From NCBI GenBank assembly GCA_031373225.1, contig JANMMM010000039.1, positions 1-61,902 on the forward strand: a stretch of DNA of 61,902 nucleotides, written 5' to 3'. Position 1 is the first letter of the stretch; each line of letters begins with the position of its first letter. The notes under the pieces are model-generated. The model saw only the letters and a list, made by a program, of their open reading frames with translations, had not been told where the DNA came from and did no database searches. A program made the position numbers and the translations under genes. The stretch is from Phyllobacteriaceae bacterium (GTDB taxonomy: Bacteria > Pseudomonadota > Alphaproteobacteria > Rhizobiales > Rhizobiaceae). This document shows, piece by piece, positions 51,306 to 61,743 of the stretch.

Positions 51306-52397
51306 TCAGACTGCGGAAACAGGTCGCATGAAACTTTCCTGAACCGTCCTGCTTTGCCATCCGTAAAACCGCTTCAGCCCCACGTGCATGAGTATTACCA
51401 GGATCGCCGAGACATAGCCGTCCACGGCATAGTGCCAGCCGAGTCCAACAGAGCTCGCCATAATCAACAAGGAATAGGCGATCATGGCCCAGCCGAATTT
51501 GCGGTTTGCGTCCCAGGCAAACATCGTGTTCATGACGATCAGCCCGACATGAACGCTTGGGAAGGCCGAAATGCCGGAGGCAAAGCCGGACTGGCCGCTT
51601 TCACGCAAACTCCACAGATATGCTTGGTACATGCCTGTGTTGTCACCGAGAGCGGCGCTCTCCTCTAAGAACATGGAAAGTCCGGCAAAGCGCGCGCCAT
51701 CGCCGGTGACCTGTGCATAAAACACTGGCCCCGCCGACATGAACAAGCCCGCCAGCACGTTGCCAAGAAGCACCCAGACCAGCATGAATGAGACCAGATA
51801 GCGGCTGCGGATTGAAGCGGCCCTCGGCGATTGGGCAACAAAAAACACCGTGCCAAAGGCAATTGCGGACCAGACTGTGGAGTAATTGTAGCCAACGAAC
51901 AGACGGGCCGCCGCCGAATCCATCAATGGCGTCACTAGCCGCCACGGGTCAACGCCGAAATGAAGAAACGCATCAATGTCGGCGAGTTGCCGGTCAAAGT
52001 GGAACCCGCCCTGCCAGATCACCAGAGTGCTTTTCACCGATGAGAACACACCGCCAAAATACATGACGGCGATCAACATGGCAGATCCTGAAATCAAAAA
52101 TCCTATCCGGCGGGGCGAAAAAACCCTCCTGAGGACAAGGCTCCTGCGCCTGTCAAACCGGTGCAGGATGCAGGCAGTGTCTGCTGCGAGCACGCAAATC
52201 GGAAAAACAAGCAGTCCGAGGAACATTGCTTCGAACAGATATTTTCCAAAGACAGCGTTTTCCCGCGCATTGTTCATGGCCAGGAAGATGTGACTGGTAG
52301 TTGCGAATAGAGTGATAGATAGAAAGATTGCCAAGTCGCCCCGCACTCGCGTCAATGTTTCCCGAATGACACTGAAGATGAGTTGGCGCTGCATCAC
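51306..52397 (-). CDS. PAP2_C-like polytopic membrane protein (sphingolipid/inositol-phosphotransferase-like superfamily), paralogue 1
   Basis: It has multiple TM segments. The motifs [11 protein letters not shown] and GWHYAVDGY match the PSxH ... HYxxD catalytic pattern of the PAP2_C/AUR1-like family. Confidence 0.65.
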   Translation of the reverse strand: MMQRQLIFSVIRETLTRVRGDLAIFLSITLFATTSHIFLAMNNARENAVFGKYLFEAMFLGLLVFPICVLAADTACILHRFDRRRSLVLRRVFSPRRIGFLISGSAMLIAVMYFGGVFSSVKSTLVIWQGGFHFDRQLADIDAFLHFGVDPWRLVTPLMDSAAARLFVGYNYSTVWSAIAFGTVFFVAQSPRAASIRSRYLVSFMLVWVLLGNVLAGLFMSAGPVFYAQVTGDGARFAGLSMFLEESAALGDNTGMYQAYLWSLRESGQSGFASGISAFPSVHVGLIVMNTMFAWDANRKFGWAMIAYSLLIMASSVGLGWHYAVDGYVSAILVILMHVGLKRFYGWQSRTVQESFMRPVSAV

Positions 52398-52573
52398 GGC
52401 TTCTCGTTGGCTGACCGCTGCCGGTTAGACGAAAAAGATTAAATAAGGGATTCGGATCAGTGCGGGACGGCTGTTTTTGATTGCCGCCGCAATTTCATTT
52501 TGATCCGCCCGCCGGTTCCTCACCCTTCCGCGTGAAGCGGCCTTCCAAGACCCGTTCAGACCATACGGCGTTT

Positions 52574-52714
52574 GCCATTGCCGAAAACCACTGGACCTAG
52601 ATAAATCTAAAGAATTTGCGGGAAAACATCGCCCCGGCCCGTCCGCGCGTGCGCCTCATCCTGCGCAAGGGCGATAATCATCTGGTTGAAGAAGCGGCGC
52701 TCACTAAGCTGTGA
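52574..52714 (+). pseudogene. duplicated 3' fragment of coaA (47 codons) with an in-frame TAG
   Basis: It translates as [45 protein letters not shown]. The coaA C-terminus is [46 protein letters not shown]. That is 36/46 identical at the same length as 51151..51291, with TAG at 52598..52600 replacing Lys. Confidence 0.85.
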
Positions 52715-53840
52715 TTGCAGCGGATGGAATTCGCGGCGACTGCGCGGCGCTAAGCCGGGCGCTGGCGATTTTCACAGCGAAATACACAGCGCAGACAATG
52801 ACCGCAGCCGCATAACCATCAATTGCGTAGTGCCAGCCGAGCGCGACTGAACTCGCGGTGATGAAGATGGTGTAGATCGTCATCATGTGTCCAAGTTTGC
52901 GGTTAACCTCATAAGCAAAGAGCGTGTTCATGACCGTGAGTCCGACATGGACGCTTGGAAAGGCCGATATGCCTGACGCAAATCCGGATTGCCCCTTCTC
53001 GTGCAGGTGCCACAGATACGCCTTGTAGTCGACGCCTGACGCCGCTTCGCTGCCTCCTGCGGCAAGCAGTGAGAGCAGTTCGCCAAACCGGGAAAAGTCG
53101 CCCGTGACTTTGCCGTAAAACACGGGACCGGCCGACATGAACAGGCCCGCGAAAATGTTGCCGACCAAAATCCAGACGAGCATGAAAGTTGCAAGATAGC
53201 GATGGCGGACCTTGTCGGCTTTTGGCGAGGAGGCAATAAGGTAGACAATGCCAAATGACAGAACAAACCAGACCACGCCATAATTGTAGACAACGACATT
53301 CCTCAGAGCGGGCCATTCGATCATGAAGCGGACGTAACGCCAAGGATCAGCGCCAAAATGTATGGCTGCGTCAATTCTGGCCTGAACCTCGTCAAATTGA
53401 AAGCCGCCGCTCCAAACGACAAGCGCGTTTTTGATGGACGTGAACGTTCCCTGAAAGAACATGACCATCACCAGCATAAGCGATCCGGCAATAATCGCCG
53501 AGAGCCGTTTGGCTGAAAACGACCGGACAATGGCCGCCTTGCGACGCCGGTCGAACCGGTGGATCAGAAGAACACAATCTGAAAACAGAAAGAATCCGGG
53601 GAACACCAAAAACGCAAGCACCGCAGCCTTTTCAACATAGGCGCCATAGGAGGCAAGATGTAGCGCGTCATTGTCTTGCAGAAACAAATATCCAAGAAGC
53701 GAGTAGAGGACGATTGTCAGGTAAATTGGCAAGTCGGCCCGCAGGCGCCTGGATAATTCAGTTCCAATCCTTGCGGCAAATCTGTCGGCAGTCATTGTGG
53801 GCTCCATCTTGGGTGAGGCTAAAGGAAATTCCTGAATCAA
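52704..53840 (-). CDS. PAP2_C-like polytopic membrane protein, paralogue 2
   Basis: It is collinear with paralogue 1 along its whole length (IHRFDRRR, [23 protein letters not shown], [28 protein letters not shown]). The start is uncertain, with several Met codons near the N-terminus. Confidence 0.65.
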   Translation of the reverse strand: MIQEFPLASPKMEPTMTADRFAARIGTELSRRLRADLPIYLTIVLYSLLGYLFLQDNDALHLASYGAYVEKAAVLAFLVFPGFFLFSDCVLLIHRFDRRRKAAIVRSFSAKRLSAIIAGSLMLVMVMFFQGTFTSIKNALVVWSGGFQFDEVQARIDAAIHFGADPWRYVRFMIEWPALRNVVVYNYGVVWFVLSFGIVYLIASSPKADKVRHRYLATFMLVWILVGNIFAGLFMSAGPVFYGKVTGDFSRFGELLSLLAAGGSEAASGVDYKAYLWHLHEKGQSGFASGISAFPSVHVGLTVMNTLFAYEVNRKLGHMMTIYTIFITASSVALGWHYAIDGYAAAVIVCAVYFAVKIASARLSAAQSPRIPSAAITA

Positions 53841-53948
53841 GGATTACCCAGAGCCGCAAACGGCCCGCGCTGGACGATGCTTTCAGCCCGGAGAAAACAA
53901 TTTTTAAAGCTTTCGCTCTATGCGTTCTGACATGAAGGGATTTCCAGA

Positions 53949-54932
53949 ATGCAGCCAATTGACAACAGACTTGCGAGCCGAATTATTTGGCAGACAGTCG
54001 CAGTAGCGCAATTGGTGACGGTATTTGTGCTTTGGGCCGGCAAAATTGATGTCATTCCGGCGCAGATTGTCAGGGTATATGCCGGTCTTGCTGTGCTTGG
54101 CACATTGCTTTTTTACGCGCACTACCGCGGCATGCACCGGTTAAAGTCCTTGTTTGAGCCTTTGACCGTCGGATTGTTCCTGGCATTGCCGATCACCATC
54201 GCGACCTATGCCTCAATCGGCGTGAACATGCCATTGGCCGACAACGAGCTGGCCGCCTGGGACCAGGCGCTCGGCTTTGACTGGCGGGCATTCATATTCG
54301 CAGTTGATTCAAGCCCGGCCGCCTCCGATTTTCTCCAGCAGGCCTATGGGTCGTTCAGCAAGCAGTCATTGTTTCTGCTGCTCTTTCTGGGTTTTCAGAA
54401 AAATGCCGCAAAAGCTTACGCCTTCGGCTTTGCATTCCTTTTGCTTTGCCTGATTTCGAGCGCCATCAGCATTCGATTTCCAGCTCTGGGAACCTATGTG
54501 ACTTATGGAATGACTCAAGACGATCTTTCAAACATCAACTCCACATATGGTTTTGTGTTTCTCGAGCAGTTTAACGCTGTCAGGAATCAGGCCACATTTG
54601 TGCTGGACTTTGAAAAGCTTGCCGGAATTCTGACATTTCCCTCCGTGCATGCCGGACTTGCGGTTCTCTGTGTTTGGGCCGCCTGGGGTTCGCGGCTGCT
54701 CCGGTACCCGTTTTTGCTCTTAAACATTGCCATGGCAGGTTCAGCGGTCTCGCATGCAAATCACTATCTGGTTGACGTCATTGCGGGTTTCGGCGCCGCC
54801 GCATTGGCGATCGTCGTTTCGTCATTGATATTTTATCGGGTTGAGATGGGGAATTCGCCGTTATTGGGCGCTTGGAGCAAATTTGCGCGTGCGGTCAGCG
54901 CCCCAGGGTCACACGTCGCATCGTCAGATTGA
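53949..54932 (+). CDS. PAP2_C-like polytopic membrane protein, divergent third paralogue
   Basis: It has TM-rich sequence and the motifs LTFPSVHAGLAV and SHANHYLVDVIAG. Confidence 0.6.
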   Translation: MQPIDNRLASRIIWQTVAVAQLVTVFVLWAGKIDVIPAQIVRVYAGLAVLGTLLFYAHYRGMHRLKSLFEPLTVGLFLALPITIATYASIGVNMPLADNELAAWDQALGFDWRAFIFAVDSSPAASDFLQQAYGSFSKQSLFLLLFLGFQKNAAKAYAFGFAFLLLCLISSAISIRFPALGTYVTYGMTQDDLSNINSTYGFVFLEQFNAVRNQATFVLDFEKLAGILTFPSVHAGLAVLCVWAAWGSRLLRYPFLLLNIAMAGSAVSHANHYLVDVIAGFGAAALAIVVSSLIFYRVEMGNSPLLGAWSKFARAVSAPGSHVASSD

Positions 54933-55512
54933 TCCGTCCGCCCTGTTTCAACAACATTGATGTGGCCGGATAAATCCGGTCCACACCGTGAAATACCAGC
55001 CGGCTTTTGCCTCCTATCAGCACAACATCGCCGCTTTCCAGCCGGAATGACACAGTCTTGTCCTCGCGCTGCACCCCGCCCACACGGAACAGGCAAGAAT
55101 CGCCAAGCGACACCGACAGAACCGGCGCATCGAAGTCCTGTTCATCCCGGTCCTGATGCAGCCCCATTTTCGCGTCCGCCGTGTAGAAATTTACAAGGCA
55201 GGCTTCCGCCGGATGCGGATAGGCCGCAAGTTCGCTCCAAAGGGCGGTCAGGTGCGGCGGCATTTCCGGCCATGGCCTGCCCGTTACCGGATGTTGGGCC
55301 TGATAGCGGTATCCGCGCTCCTTGTCCGTCACCCAGCCAAGCCGTCCGCAGTTTGTCATCCGAACCGACATTTCCCTGCCGGTTTTAGGCATTCGCGGCG
55401 TGAACAGTGGCGCATCGGACACTATGGCGCGGATGTCCTCCACAAGCGCCTGCTGCGCCGCGTGATCGAGAAAACCCGGATAATGTTTGATTCCGTCGGG
55501 AAGCGCCAGCAT
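54895..55512 (-). CDS. alkB: alpha-ketoglutarate-dependent dioxygenase AlkB
   Basis: It has the Fe(II) site HQDRDE, a conserved His in VFHGV, and a C-terminal RINLTMRRV. Confidence 0.88.
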   Translation of the reverse strand: MLALPDGIKHYPGFLDHAAQQALVEDIRAIVSDAPLFTPRMPKTGREMSVRMTNCGRLGWVTDKERGYRYQAQHPVTGRPWPEMPPHLTALWSELAAYPHPAEACLVNFYTADAKMGLHQDRDEQDFDAPVLSVSLGDSCLFRVGGVQREDKTVSFRLESGDVVLIGGKSRLVFHGVDRIYPATSMLLKQGGRINLTMRRVTLGR

Positions 55513-55944
55513 TTATTCCTCTCCCGGCCTGCCGCGGTTCTTCTTGATGGCGCCGCGCCCGCTCTTCTCGTTAAGCCGTCGCTCGACCGCGCCCTTGCTG
55601 GGCCGGGTCTTGCGGCGCGGGGGCGGGGGCGGGGTGGAGGCTTTTTCCAGAAGTCCGGCCAGCCGGTCGCGCGAGTCCTGCCGGTTGCGCTCCTGCGTGC
55701 GGAACCGGTCGGCGAAAATCACGATGACGCCGTCCTTGGTGGCGCGTTGACCGGCCAGCGCAATCAACCTTTCGCGCACGGAATCGGTCATTTCAATGGC
55801 GTTGGCATCCATACGCAGTTCAACAGCAGTGGCCACCTTGTTGACATTTTGCCCGCCCGGTCCCTGCGCGCGGACAAATTTCTCGCTCACCATGTCAAGG
55901 GTGACGAGAATGCCGCGCTGGTCGAATATGGTCTCACCGGCCAT
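55513..55944 (-). CDS. arfB: alternative ribosome-rescue factor ArfB (peptidyl-tRNA hydrolase)
   Basis: It has the GGQ motif (AQGPGGQNVNKVATAV) and a basic C-terminal tail. The start is set at ATG 55944. Confidence 0.85.
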   Translation of the reverse strand: MAGETIFDQRGILVTLDMVSEKFVRAQGPGGQNVNKVATAVELRMDANAIEMTDSVRERLIALAGQRATKDGVIVIFADRFRTQERNRQDSRDRLAGLLEKASTPPPPPRRKTRPSKGAVERRLNEKSGRGAIKKNRGRPGEE

Positions 55945-56038
55945 GGCCTGATTCCTTTGCCGGGAAGCATAGCTTGGCACCGCGCAAAAAGAAGCCCGCC
56001 CTGTGACGGGCGGGCGGGCCGGATGGGGGCGATCCAGC

Positions 56039-57649
56039 CTATTCGGCGGCGATGCGCAGCTGTGGCGCGGATTCCATCACTTTTCCATCAACGTCGTTTT
56101 CGAATTTCTCGAAATTGTTGATGAACATGGAAACCAGCCGCTTCGCCATCGCGTCGTAAACATCGCCATCGGCCCAAGTGGCGCGTGGATCGAGAATTGC
56201 GCTGTCAACGCCGTCAACGGCGACAGGAACCATGAAGCCGAAGTTTGGATCGCGGCGGAACGCCACGTCTTGCAGAGAGCCGTTCAACGCGGCGGCGAGA
56301 AGCGCCCGTGTCGCCTTCAGCGGCATCCGCTTGCCTGTGCCATAAGCGCCGCCGGTCCAGCCGGTGTTGACCAGCCAGCAATTGACCTGATGCTTCCCGA
56401 TTAGCTTACGCAGCAGATTGCCATACTCTGCAGGCCGACGCGGCATGAAAGGCGCGCCGAAACAGGTGGAGAAAGTGGCCTCGGGCTCGGTCACGCCTTT
56501 TTCCGTGCCGGCAACCTTCGCCGTGTAGCCGGACAAGAAATGGTACATGGCCTGCGCCGGTGTCAGCTTGGCGATGGGCGGCAGGATGCCGAACGCATCC
56601 GCCGTCAGCATGATGATGTTTTTCGGGTGCGAAGCCCTGCCGGTTTCGCTGGCATTGGCAATGAAATGCAGCGGGTAGGCGCAGCGCGTGTTTTCCGTCA
56701 CGCTCACATCGTCGAAATCCGGCACGAGATTTTCGTCCAACGTCACATTTTCCAGCACCGTGCCTTTGCGCCGCGTCGTGGCGAATATCTCCGGCTCCGC
56801 TTCCGCTGAAAGCCTGACGGTCTTGGCGTAGCAGCCGCCTTCAAAATTGAAAACGCCGTCCGGTCCCCAGCCATGCTCGTCATCGCCGATCAAGGTGCGG
56901 GATGCATCGGCCGAGAGCGTGGTTTTCCCTGTGCCGGAGAGGCCGAAGAAGATCGCCGTGTCGCCGTCCGGCCCCTGATTGGCCGAGCAGTGCATCGGCA
57001 TGACGCCGCGCTCCGGCAGGAGGTAATTCAACACGGTGAAGACCGATTTCTTGATTTCGCCGGCATAGGATGTGCCGCCAATAAGGACGATCATGCGGGT
57101 CAGGTCCACTGCGATCACTGTCTCGGAGCGCGTGCCGTGGAGTTTTGGATCGGCCTTGAACGAGGGCAGGTCGATGATTGTCAGCTTGGCGGTGAAATCC
57201 GCGAGGCTTTCGCGCTCCGGCCGGATCAGAAGATTGCGGATGAACAGGGAGTGCCAAGCAAGCTCAGTAATGACGCGCGTCGGCAAGGCATTGGCCGCGT
57301 CCGCGCCGCCGGTTAGATCCTGCACATACAGGTTCATGCCCATCGCATGCGCCTGCATGTCAGCGAGCAGAAGATCAAACTGAGCCGTCGACAGTTTGCG
57401 GTTATTGTCCCACCAGACCGTGTCACGGGTCATCTCGTCTTCGACGATGAATTTGTCCTTGGCCGAGCGGCCAGTGTGCCGCCCGGTCATTGCCACCAAT
57501 GCGCCATGTGCCGAAAGCCGCGCCTCGCTGCGCGAAACCGCCATATTGGACAGTTCGGGCTCGGACAGATTGTAGAAAACATGCGCTTGGCCCTCAAAGC
57601 CCAGAACCTCGATATCGAATGCCTGATTCCGCAATCCGCTTTTCATCAT
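56039..57649 (-). CDS. pckA: phosphoenolpyruvate carboxykinase (ATP)
   Basis: It is 536 aa, with kinase-1a [11 protein letters not shown] and the TGRSAKDKF motif. Confidence 0.95.
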   Translation of the reverse strand: MMKSGLRNQAFDIEVLGFEGQAHVFYNLSEPELSNMAVSRSEARLSAHGALVAMTGRHTGRSAKDKFIVEDEMTRDTVWWDNNRKLSTAQFDLLLADMQAHAMGMNLYVQDLTGGADAANALPTRVITELAWHSLFIRNLLIRPERESLADFTAKLTIIDLPSFKADPKLHGTRSETVIAVDLTRMIVLIGGTSYAGEIKKSVFTVLNYLLPERGVMPMHCSANQGPDGDTAIFFGLSGTGKTTLSADASRTLIGDDEHGWGPDGVFNFEGGCYAKTVRLSAEAEPEIFATTRRKGTVLENVTLDENLVPDFDDVSVTENTRCAYPLHFIANASETGRASHPKNIIMLTADAFGILPPIAKLTPAQAMYHFLSGYTAKVAGTEKGVTEPEATFSTCFGAPFMPRRPAEYGNLLRKLIGKHQVNCWLVNTGWTGGAYGTGKRMPLKATRALLAAALNGSLQDVAFRRDPNFGFMVPVAVDGVDSAILDPRATWADGDVYDAMAKRLVSMFINNFEKFENDVDGKVMESAPQLRIAAE

Positions 57650-57926
57650 GATGGCAATCCCTCTCTAAACAATTTCAAACCAGCAAGCGTCTTGTTTTGC
57701 TAAGCGCAGAATTGCTGAAATAAATCAAATGTTTAATCGGTTTAAAGATTTTAAAAAGAGTTCAATCGGTTTAAGCGGCGGCGCATATGCTTAACGGTTA
57801 AGCACGCACATTAACTCTGAGCACTTACGCATTCGACCGGTGCCTTATTTTGTGCCACTTTTGTGCTCAAGTCCCGCTGCCTGTCTGATCAGCACGGGAC
57901 GCGGCAATATGAGGGAGCCTTCCACC

Positions 57927-58634
57927 ATGACCACCATCGCTTTGGTCGATGATGACCGCAACATTCTGACATCTGTCTCCATTGCGCTTGAAGCCGAAGG
58001 CTATCGTGTCGAAACCTACACCGACGGCGCGTCAGCGCTGGAAGGATTGACCGCCCGCCCGCCGAACCTTGCGATCTTCGACATCAAGATGCCGCGCATG
58101 GATGGCATGGAGCTGCTGCGCCGCCTGCGGCAGAAATCCGACATGCCGGTGATTTTTCTGACGTCGAAAGATGAAGAAATTGATGAGCTGTTCGGCCTGA
58201 AAATGGGCGCCGACGATTTCATCACCAAGCCGTTTTCACAGCGCCTGCTTGTTGAGCGCGTCAAGGCCGTGCTGCGCCGCGCCCAGGCCCGCGATGCCGC
58301 AGCCTCGGGCAAAGTCAACGGCCAGCCGTCAAACACGATTGAACGCGGCCAATTGGTCATGGATCAGGAGCGCCACACCTGCACTTGGTCCGGCCAGGCG
58401 GTGACTTTGACAGTGACCGAGTTTCTCATTTTGCACGCGCTGGCACAGCGCCCCGGCGTCGTCAAAAGCCGCGACGCGCTGATGGATGCGGCCTATGACG
58501 ATCAGGTCTATGTCGACGACCGCACAATCGACAGCCACATCAAGCGGCTGCGTAAGAAGTTCAAGGTGGCGGACGACAATTTTGACATGATCGAGACGCT
58601 CTATGGAGTCGGCTATCGTTTCAGCGAGGTCTGA
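57927..58634 (+). CDS. chvI: two-component response regulator ChvI (OmpR family)
   Basis: It has a receiver domain ([23 protein letters not shown]) and a winged helix. It is divergent from pckA and followed by chvG, which is the conserved rhizobial arrangement. Confidence 0.88.
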   Translation: MTTIALVDDDRNILTSVSIALEAEGYRVETYTDGASALEGLTARPPNLAIFDIKMPRMDGMELLRRLRQKSDMPVIFLTSKDEEIDELFGLKMGADDFITKPFSQRLLVERVKAVLRRAQARDAAASGKVNGQPSNTIERGQLVMDQERHTCTWSGQAVTLTVTEFLILHALAQRPGVVKSRDALMDAAYDDQVYVDDRTIDSHIKRLRKKFKVADDNFDMIETLYGVGYRFSEV

Positions 58635-58648
58635 CCTAGAATAGAAGG

Positions 58649-60424
58649 ATGGTGGCCGAGACCGACAAGATAGTTATCCGCAGGAATGCCAGCCGCGCCA
58701 GCGGGATGGCGTGGCTTGGGAAGATCTTTTTGCCCATCCGCCGCATCCTCGGCCATTATGTCTTTTCGAGCCTGACGCGGCGCATTCTTGTCCTGAACCT
58801 CGCCGCGCTCGGCGTTCTGGTCACCGGCATCCTCTATCTCAACCAGTTCCGCGAAGGACTGATCGACGCTCGGGTCGAAAGTCTGATGACGCAGGGCGAA
58901 ATAATCGCCGCCGCCATCGCCGCCTCCGCCTCGGTCAGCACCGACGCGATCACGGTGGACCCTGAGAAGCTGTTGGAGATGCAGGCGGGCCAGACGATTT
59001 CGCCCACGGACGATTCGATTGAGGCGATGGAATTCCCGATCAATCCAGAGCGCGTCGCGCCGCTGTTGCGTCGGCTGATCTCGCCGACCCGCACCCGCGC
59101 CCGCATCTACGACCGCGACGCCAACCTTATGCTTGATTCGCAGCATCTCTATGCCGGCGGTCAGGTGTTGCGCTTCAACCTGCCGCCGGTTGCCAACGAT
59201 GATGAAAGCTGGCTCGAGACGGCTGTGAACTGGTTTGGCCAGCTGTTTCGGCGCAGCGACCTGCCGGTCTATCAGGATTCGCCCGGCGGCAACGGCGCGG
59301 CCTTTCCGGAAGTCATGACCGCGCTGACCGGCGGCACCTCAACCATTGTGCGTATGAACGAGCAGGGTGGGTTGGTCGTCTCCATCGCCGTGCCGGTGCA
59401 GCGCTTCCGCGCCGTATTAGGCGTTTTGCAGCTGTCCACGCAAGGCTCCGACATTGACCGCATTGTTCAGGCGGAGCGGCTGGCCATTGTCCGTGTGTTC
59501 GCGGTGGCGGTGTTTGCAACCGCAATCCTTTCAATGCTGCTCGCTTCTACCATCGCAAATCCGCTGCGCCGCCTCGCCGCCGCCGCAGTGCGGGTCCGCC
59601 GCGGCGTGCGCACCCGCGAGGAAATCCCGGATTATTCCGACCGGCAGGACGAAATCGGCAACCTGTCCATTGCGCTGCGCGACATGACCTCGGCGCTCTA
59701 TGCGAGGATCGAGGCGATTGAGAGCTTCGCAGCAGACGTCAGCCACGAGTTGAAAAACCCGCTGACCTCACTGCGCAGCGCCGTCGAAACGCTGCCTGTG
59801 GCGCGCACGCCTGAATCGCAGAAGAAACTGATGGATGTGATCCAGCATGATGTGCGCCGTCTCGACCGGCTGATCACCGACATTTCCGACGCCTCGCGCC
59901 TCGATGCAGAGCTGGCGCGGCAGGACGCACAGAAGGTGGATTTGAAGGCGCTCCTCACCAATCTTGTCGCTGGCGCCGCCGAAATCCGGCGCGACAAACT
60001 GGTGGTCGTCGCGCTTGATGTCGCCAAACTGACAGCGGGCATGAAGTCCTATGTCATTCCGGGCCACGATTTGAGGATCGGCCAGGTCGTGACAAATCTC
60101 ATCGAAAACGCCCGCTCGTTCGTCCCTGGCGGCACAGGGCGGATCAACGTGCGGCTCGAGGCGGCCACCGGATTCGTGCGCATCCTTGTTGAGGACAATG
60201 GCCCGGGCATCACTTCTGACAATATCGACCGGATTTTCGAACGCTTTTACACCGACCGCCCCTCCATTGAAGCCTTCGGACAGAATTCCGGGCTGGGCCT
60301 GTCCATTTCCCGCCAGATTATTCAGGCGCATGGCGGCTCGATCAATGCCGAGAATATCATGGACGCCAAGGGTGACAAGGTTCTTGGCGCGCGTTTCATT
60401 GTATTGTTGCCCATTGAGTCATGA
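58649..60424 (+). CDS. chvG: sensor histidine kinase ChvG (ExoS/BvrS orthologue group)
   Basis: It has two TM segments flanking a large periplasmic domain, a HAMP domain, an H-box (FAADVSHELKNPL) and an HATPase domain (DNGPGI, GLGLSI). Confidence 0.88.
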   Translation: MVAETDKIVIRRNASRASGMAWLGKIFLPIRRILGHYVFSSLTRRILVLNLAALGVLVTGILYLNQFREGLIDARVESLMTQGEIIAAAIAASASVSTDAITVDPEKLLEMQAGQTISPTDDSIEAMEFPINPERVAPLLRRLISPTRTRARIYDRDANLMLDSQHLYAGGQVLRFNLPPVANDDESWLETAVNWFGQLFRRSDLPVYQDSPGGNGAAFPEVMTALTGGTSTIVRMNEQGGLVVSIAVPVQRFRAVLGVLQLSTQGSDIDRIVQAERLAIVRVFAVAVFATAILSMLLASTIANPLRRLAAAAVRVRRGVRTREEIPDYSDRQDEIGNLSIALRDMTSALYARIEAIESFAADVSHELKNPLTSLRSAVETLPVARTPESQKKLMDVIQHDVRRLDRLITDISDASRLDAELARQDAQKVDLKALLTNLVAGAAEIRRDKLVVVALDVAKLTAGMKSYVIPGHDLRIGQVVTNLIENARSFVPGGTGRINVRLEAATGFVRILVEDNGPGITSDNIDRIFERFYTDRPSIEAFGQNSGLGLSISRQIIQAHGGSINAENIMDAKGDKVLGARFIVLLPIES

Positions 60425-60897
60425 CTGGCGCTGCGATCAATCTGCATGCGAGCGCCGTGCAATTGGGTGGCAAAGGCGTCATAATTTCCGGCGCATCGGG
60501 CTCGGGCAAAAGTGCGCTGGCGCTGGAACTCCTGCGGCAAGTCCTGCGCGATGGCGGCGACGCGTGGCTCATCGCGGATGACCGCGTGGATGTTGAACGG
60601 CGGGCGGACGAACTTATCGCCGCCCCGCCGGCCGCGCTTGCCGGTCTGATCGAGGTCAGGGGCTCCGGCATCCACCCGATAAAGCATATTTCTTTCGCGC
60701 GGCTGCATTTGGCGGTCGAACTGGTGGAGGAACCGCACGCATTGCGCATGCCGCCGCAAGCGCCGAAGCTGCTCGCGCATGGCATTGCGCTGCCGTGCCT
60801 TGTTCTGCCCAGCGGCCAGACCCAGGCCTGTGTCCGCGCCATTCTGTCGCATGTTGGCCTTTTCCCCCCGGTTCTGCCTTTAGGTAAATCGGATTGA
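60421..60897 (+). CDS. hprK: truncated HPr kinase/phosphorylase (C-terminal kinase domain only)
   Basis: It is 158 aa with a P-loop (SGASGSGKSALALELL) and an LIEVRGSGI motif. It shares an ATGA overlap with chvG. This is the short form typical of alphaproteobacteria. Confidence 0.8.
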   Translation: MTGAAINLHASAVQLGGKGVIISGASGSGKSALALELLRQVLRDGGDAWLIADDRVDVERRADELIAAPPAALAGLIEVRGSGIHPIKHISFARLHLAVELVEEPHALRMPPQAPKLLAHGIALPCLVLPSGQTQACVRAILSHVGLFPPVLPLGKSD

Positions 60898-61057
60898 TTT
60901 CGCGCTTTCGCATCAAAGTGCGAGTTTTTCGCTTGCCTTGAAGTCCGCTCTCGACAACATAGCCGTCCTGCCCAATTCGGCAGCTTGCCAGTCCGCGCTT
61001 GGCGGATGCGGCAGGGTCAAGCGCCTCGAATGAGGGCACGACTGGAGCAATTAGAAT

Positions 61058-61459
61058 ATGATCGGACTCGTGCTTGTCACGCACGGAAAGCTGGCCGACG
61101 AGTTTCGCCATGCGCTGGAGCATGTGGTCGGGCCGCAGAAATTCCTCGAAACGGTGCCGATCGGTGCCGATGATGATATGGAAATGCGGCGGCAGGACAT
61201 TGTCGACGCCATCGCCCGCGCCAATGATGATGACGGCGTCATCGTGCTGACCGACATGTTCGGCGGCACGCCGTCAAACCTCGCCATCTCCGTCATGTCA
61301 CCGGGCAAAGTTGAAGTGATCGCCGGCATGAACCTGCCGATGCTGGTCAAGCTGTCGCGCGTCAGGGTCACCGACGACATGGCATGCGCGCTGAAAGAGG
61401 GTCAGGATTCCGGGCGCAAATACATCAACGTCGCCAGCCAGATTCTCACAGGCAAATAA
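61058..61459 (+). CDS. manX: PTS EIIA component, mannose family
   Basis: It is 133 aa. The N-terminus GLVLVTHGKLA contains the phosphorylatable His, and DMFGGTPSN is present. Confidence 0.8.
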   Translation: MIGLVLVTHGKLADEFRHALEHVVGPQKFLETVPIGADDDMEMRRQDIVDAIARANDDDGVIVLTDMFGGTPSNLAISVMSPGKVEVIAGMNLPMLVKLSRVRVTDDMACALKEGQDSGRKYINVASQILTGK

Positions 61460-61743
61460 TGTCGCAGACGGATGCCATCCTCCGGTCGCTGGAAATCACC
61501 AACATCCGCGGCCTCCACGCCCGCGCCTCCGCCAAATTCGTGAAGCTTGTTTCTGGTTTTGACGCGGAGGTCGAGGTCGAAAAAGATGGGATGAAAGTCG
61601 GCGGCACCTCGATCATGGGCCTGATGATGCTTGCCGCCAGCCCCGGCTGCTGCATCAATGTCAGCGCCTCGGGGCGGCAGGCGGGGGACGTGATGGAGGC
61701 CCTCTCGGCGCTCATCGCGGATAAGTTTGGCGAGGGCGAGTGA
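61459..61743 (+). CDS. ptsH: phosphocarrier protein HPr/NPr
   Basis: The start is at ATG 61459 (TAATG overlap). The active-site region is ITNIRGLHARAS, with a Ser region GTSIMGLMML. The length is 94 aa. Confidence 0.85.
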   Translation: MSQTDAILRSLEITNIRGLHARASAKFVKLVSGFDAEVEVEKDGMKVGGTSIMGLMMLAASPGCCINVSASGRQAGDVMEALSALIADKFGEGE

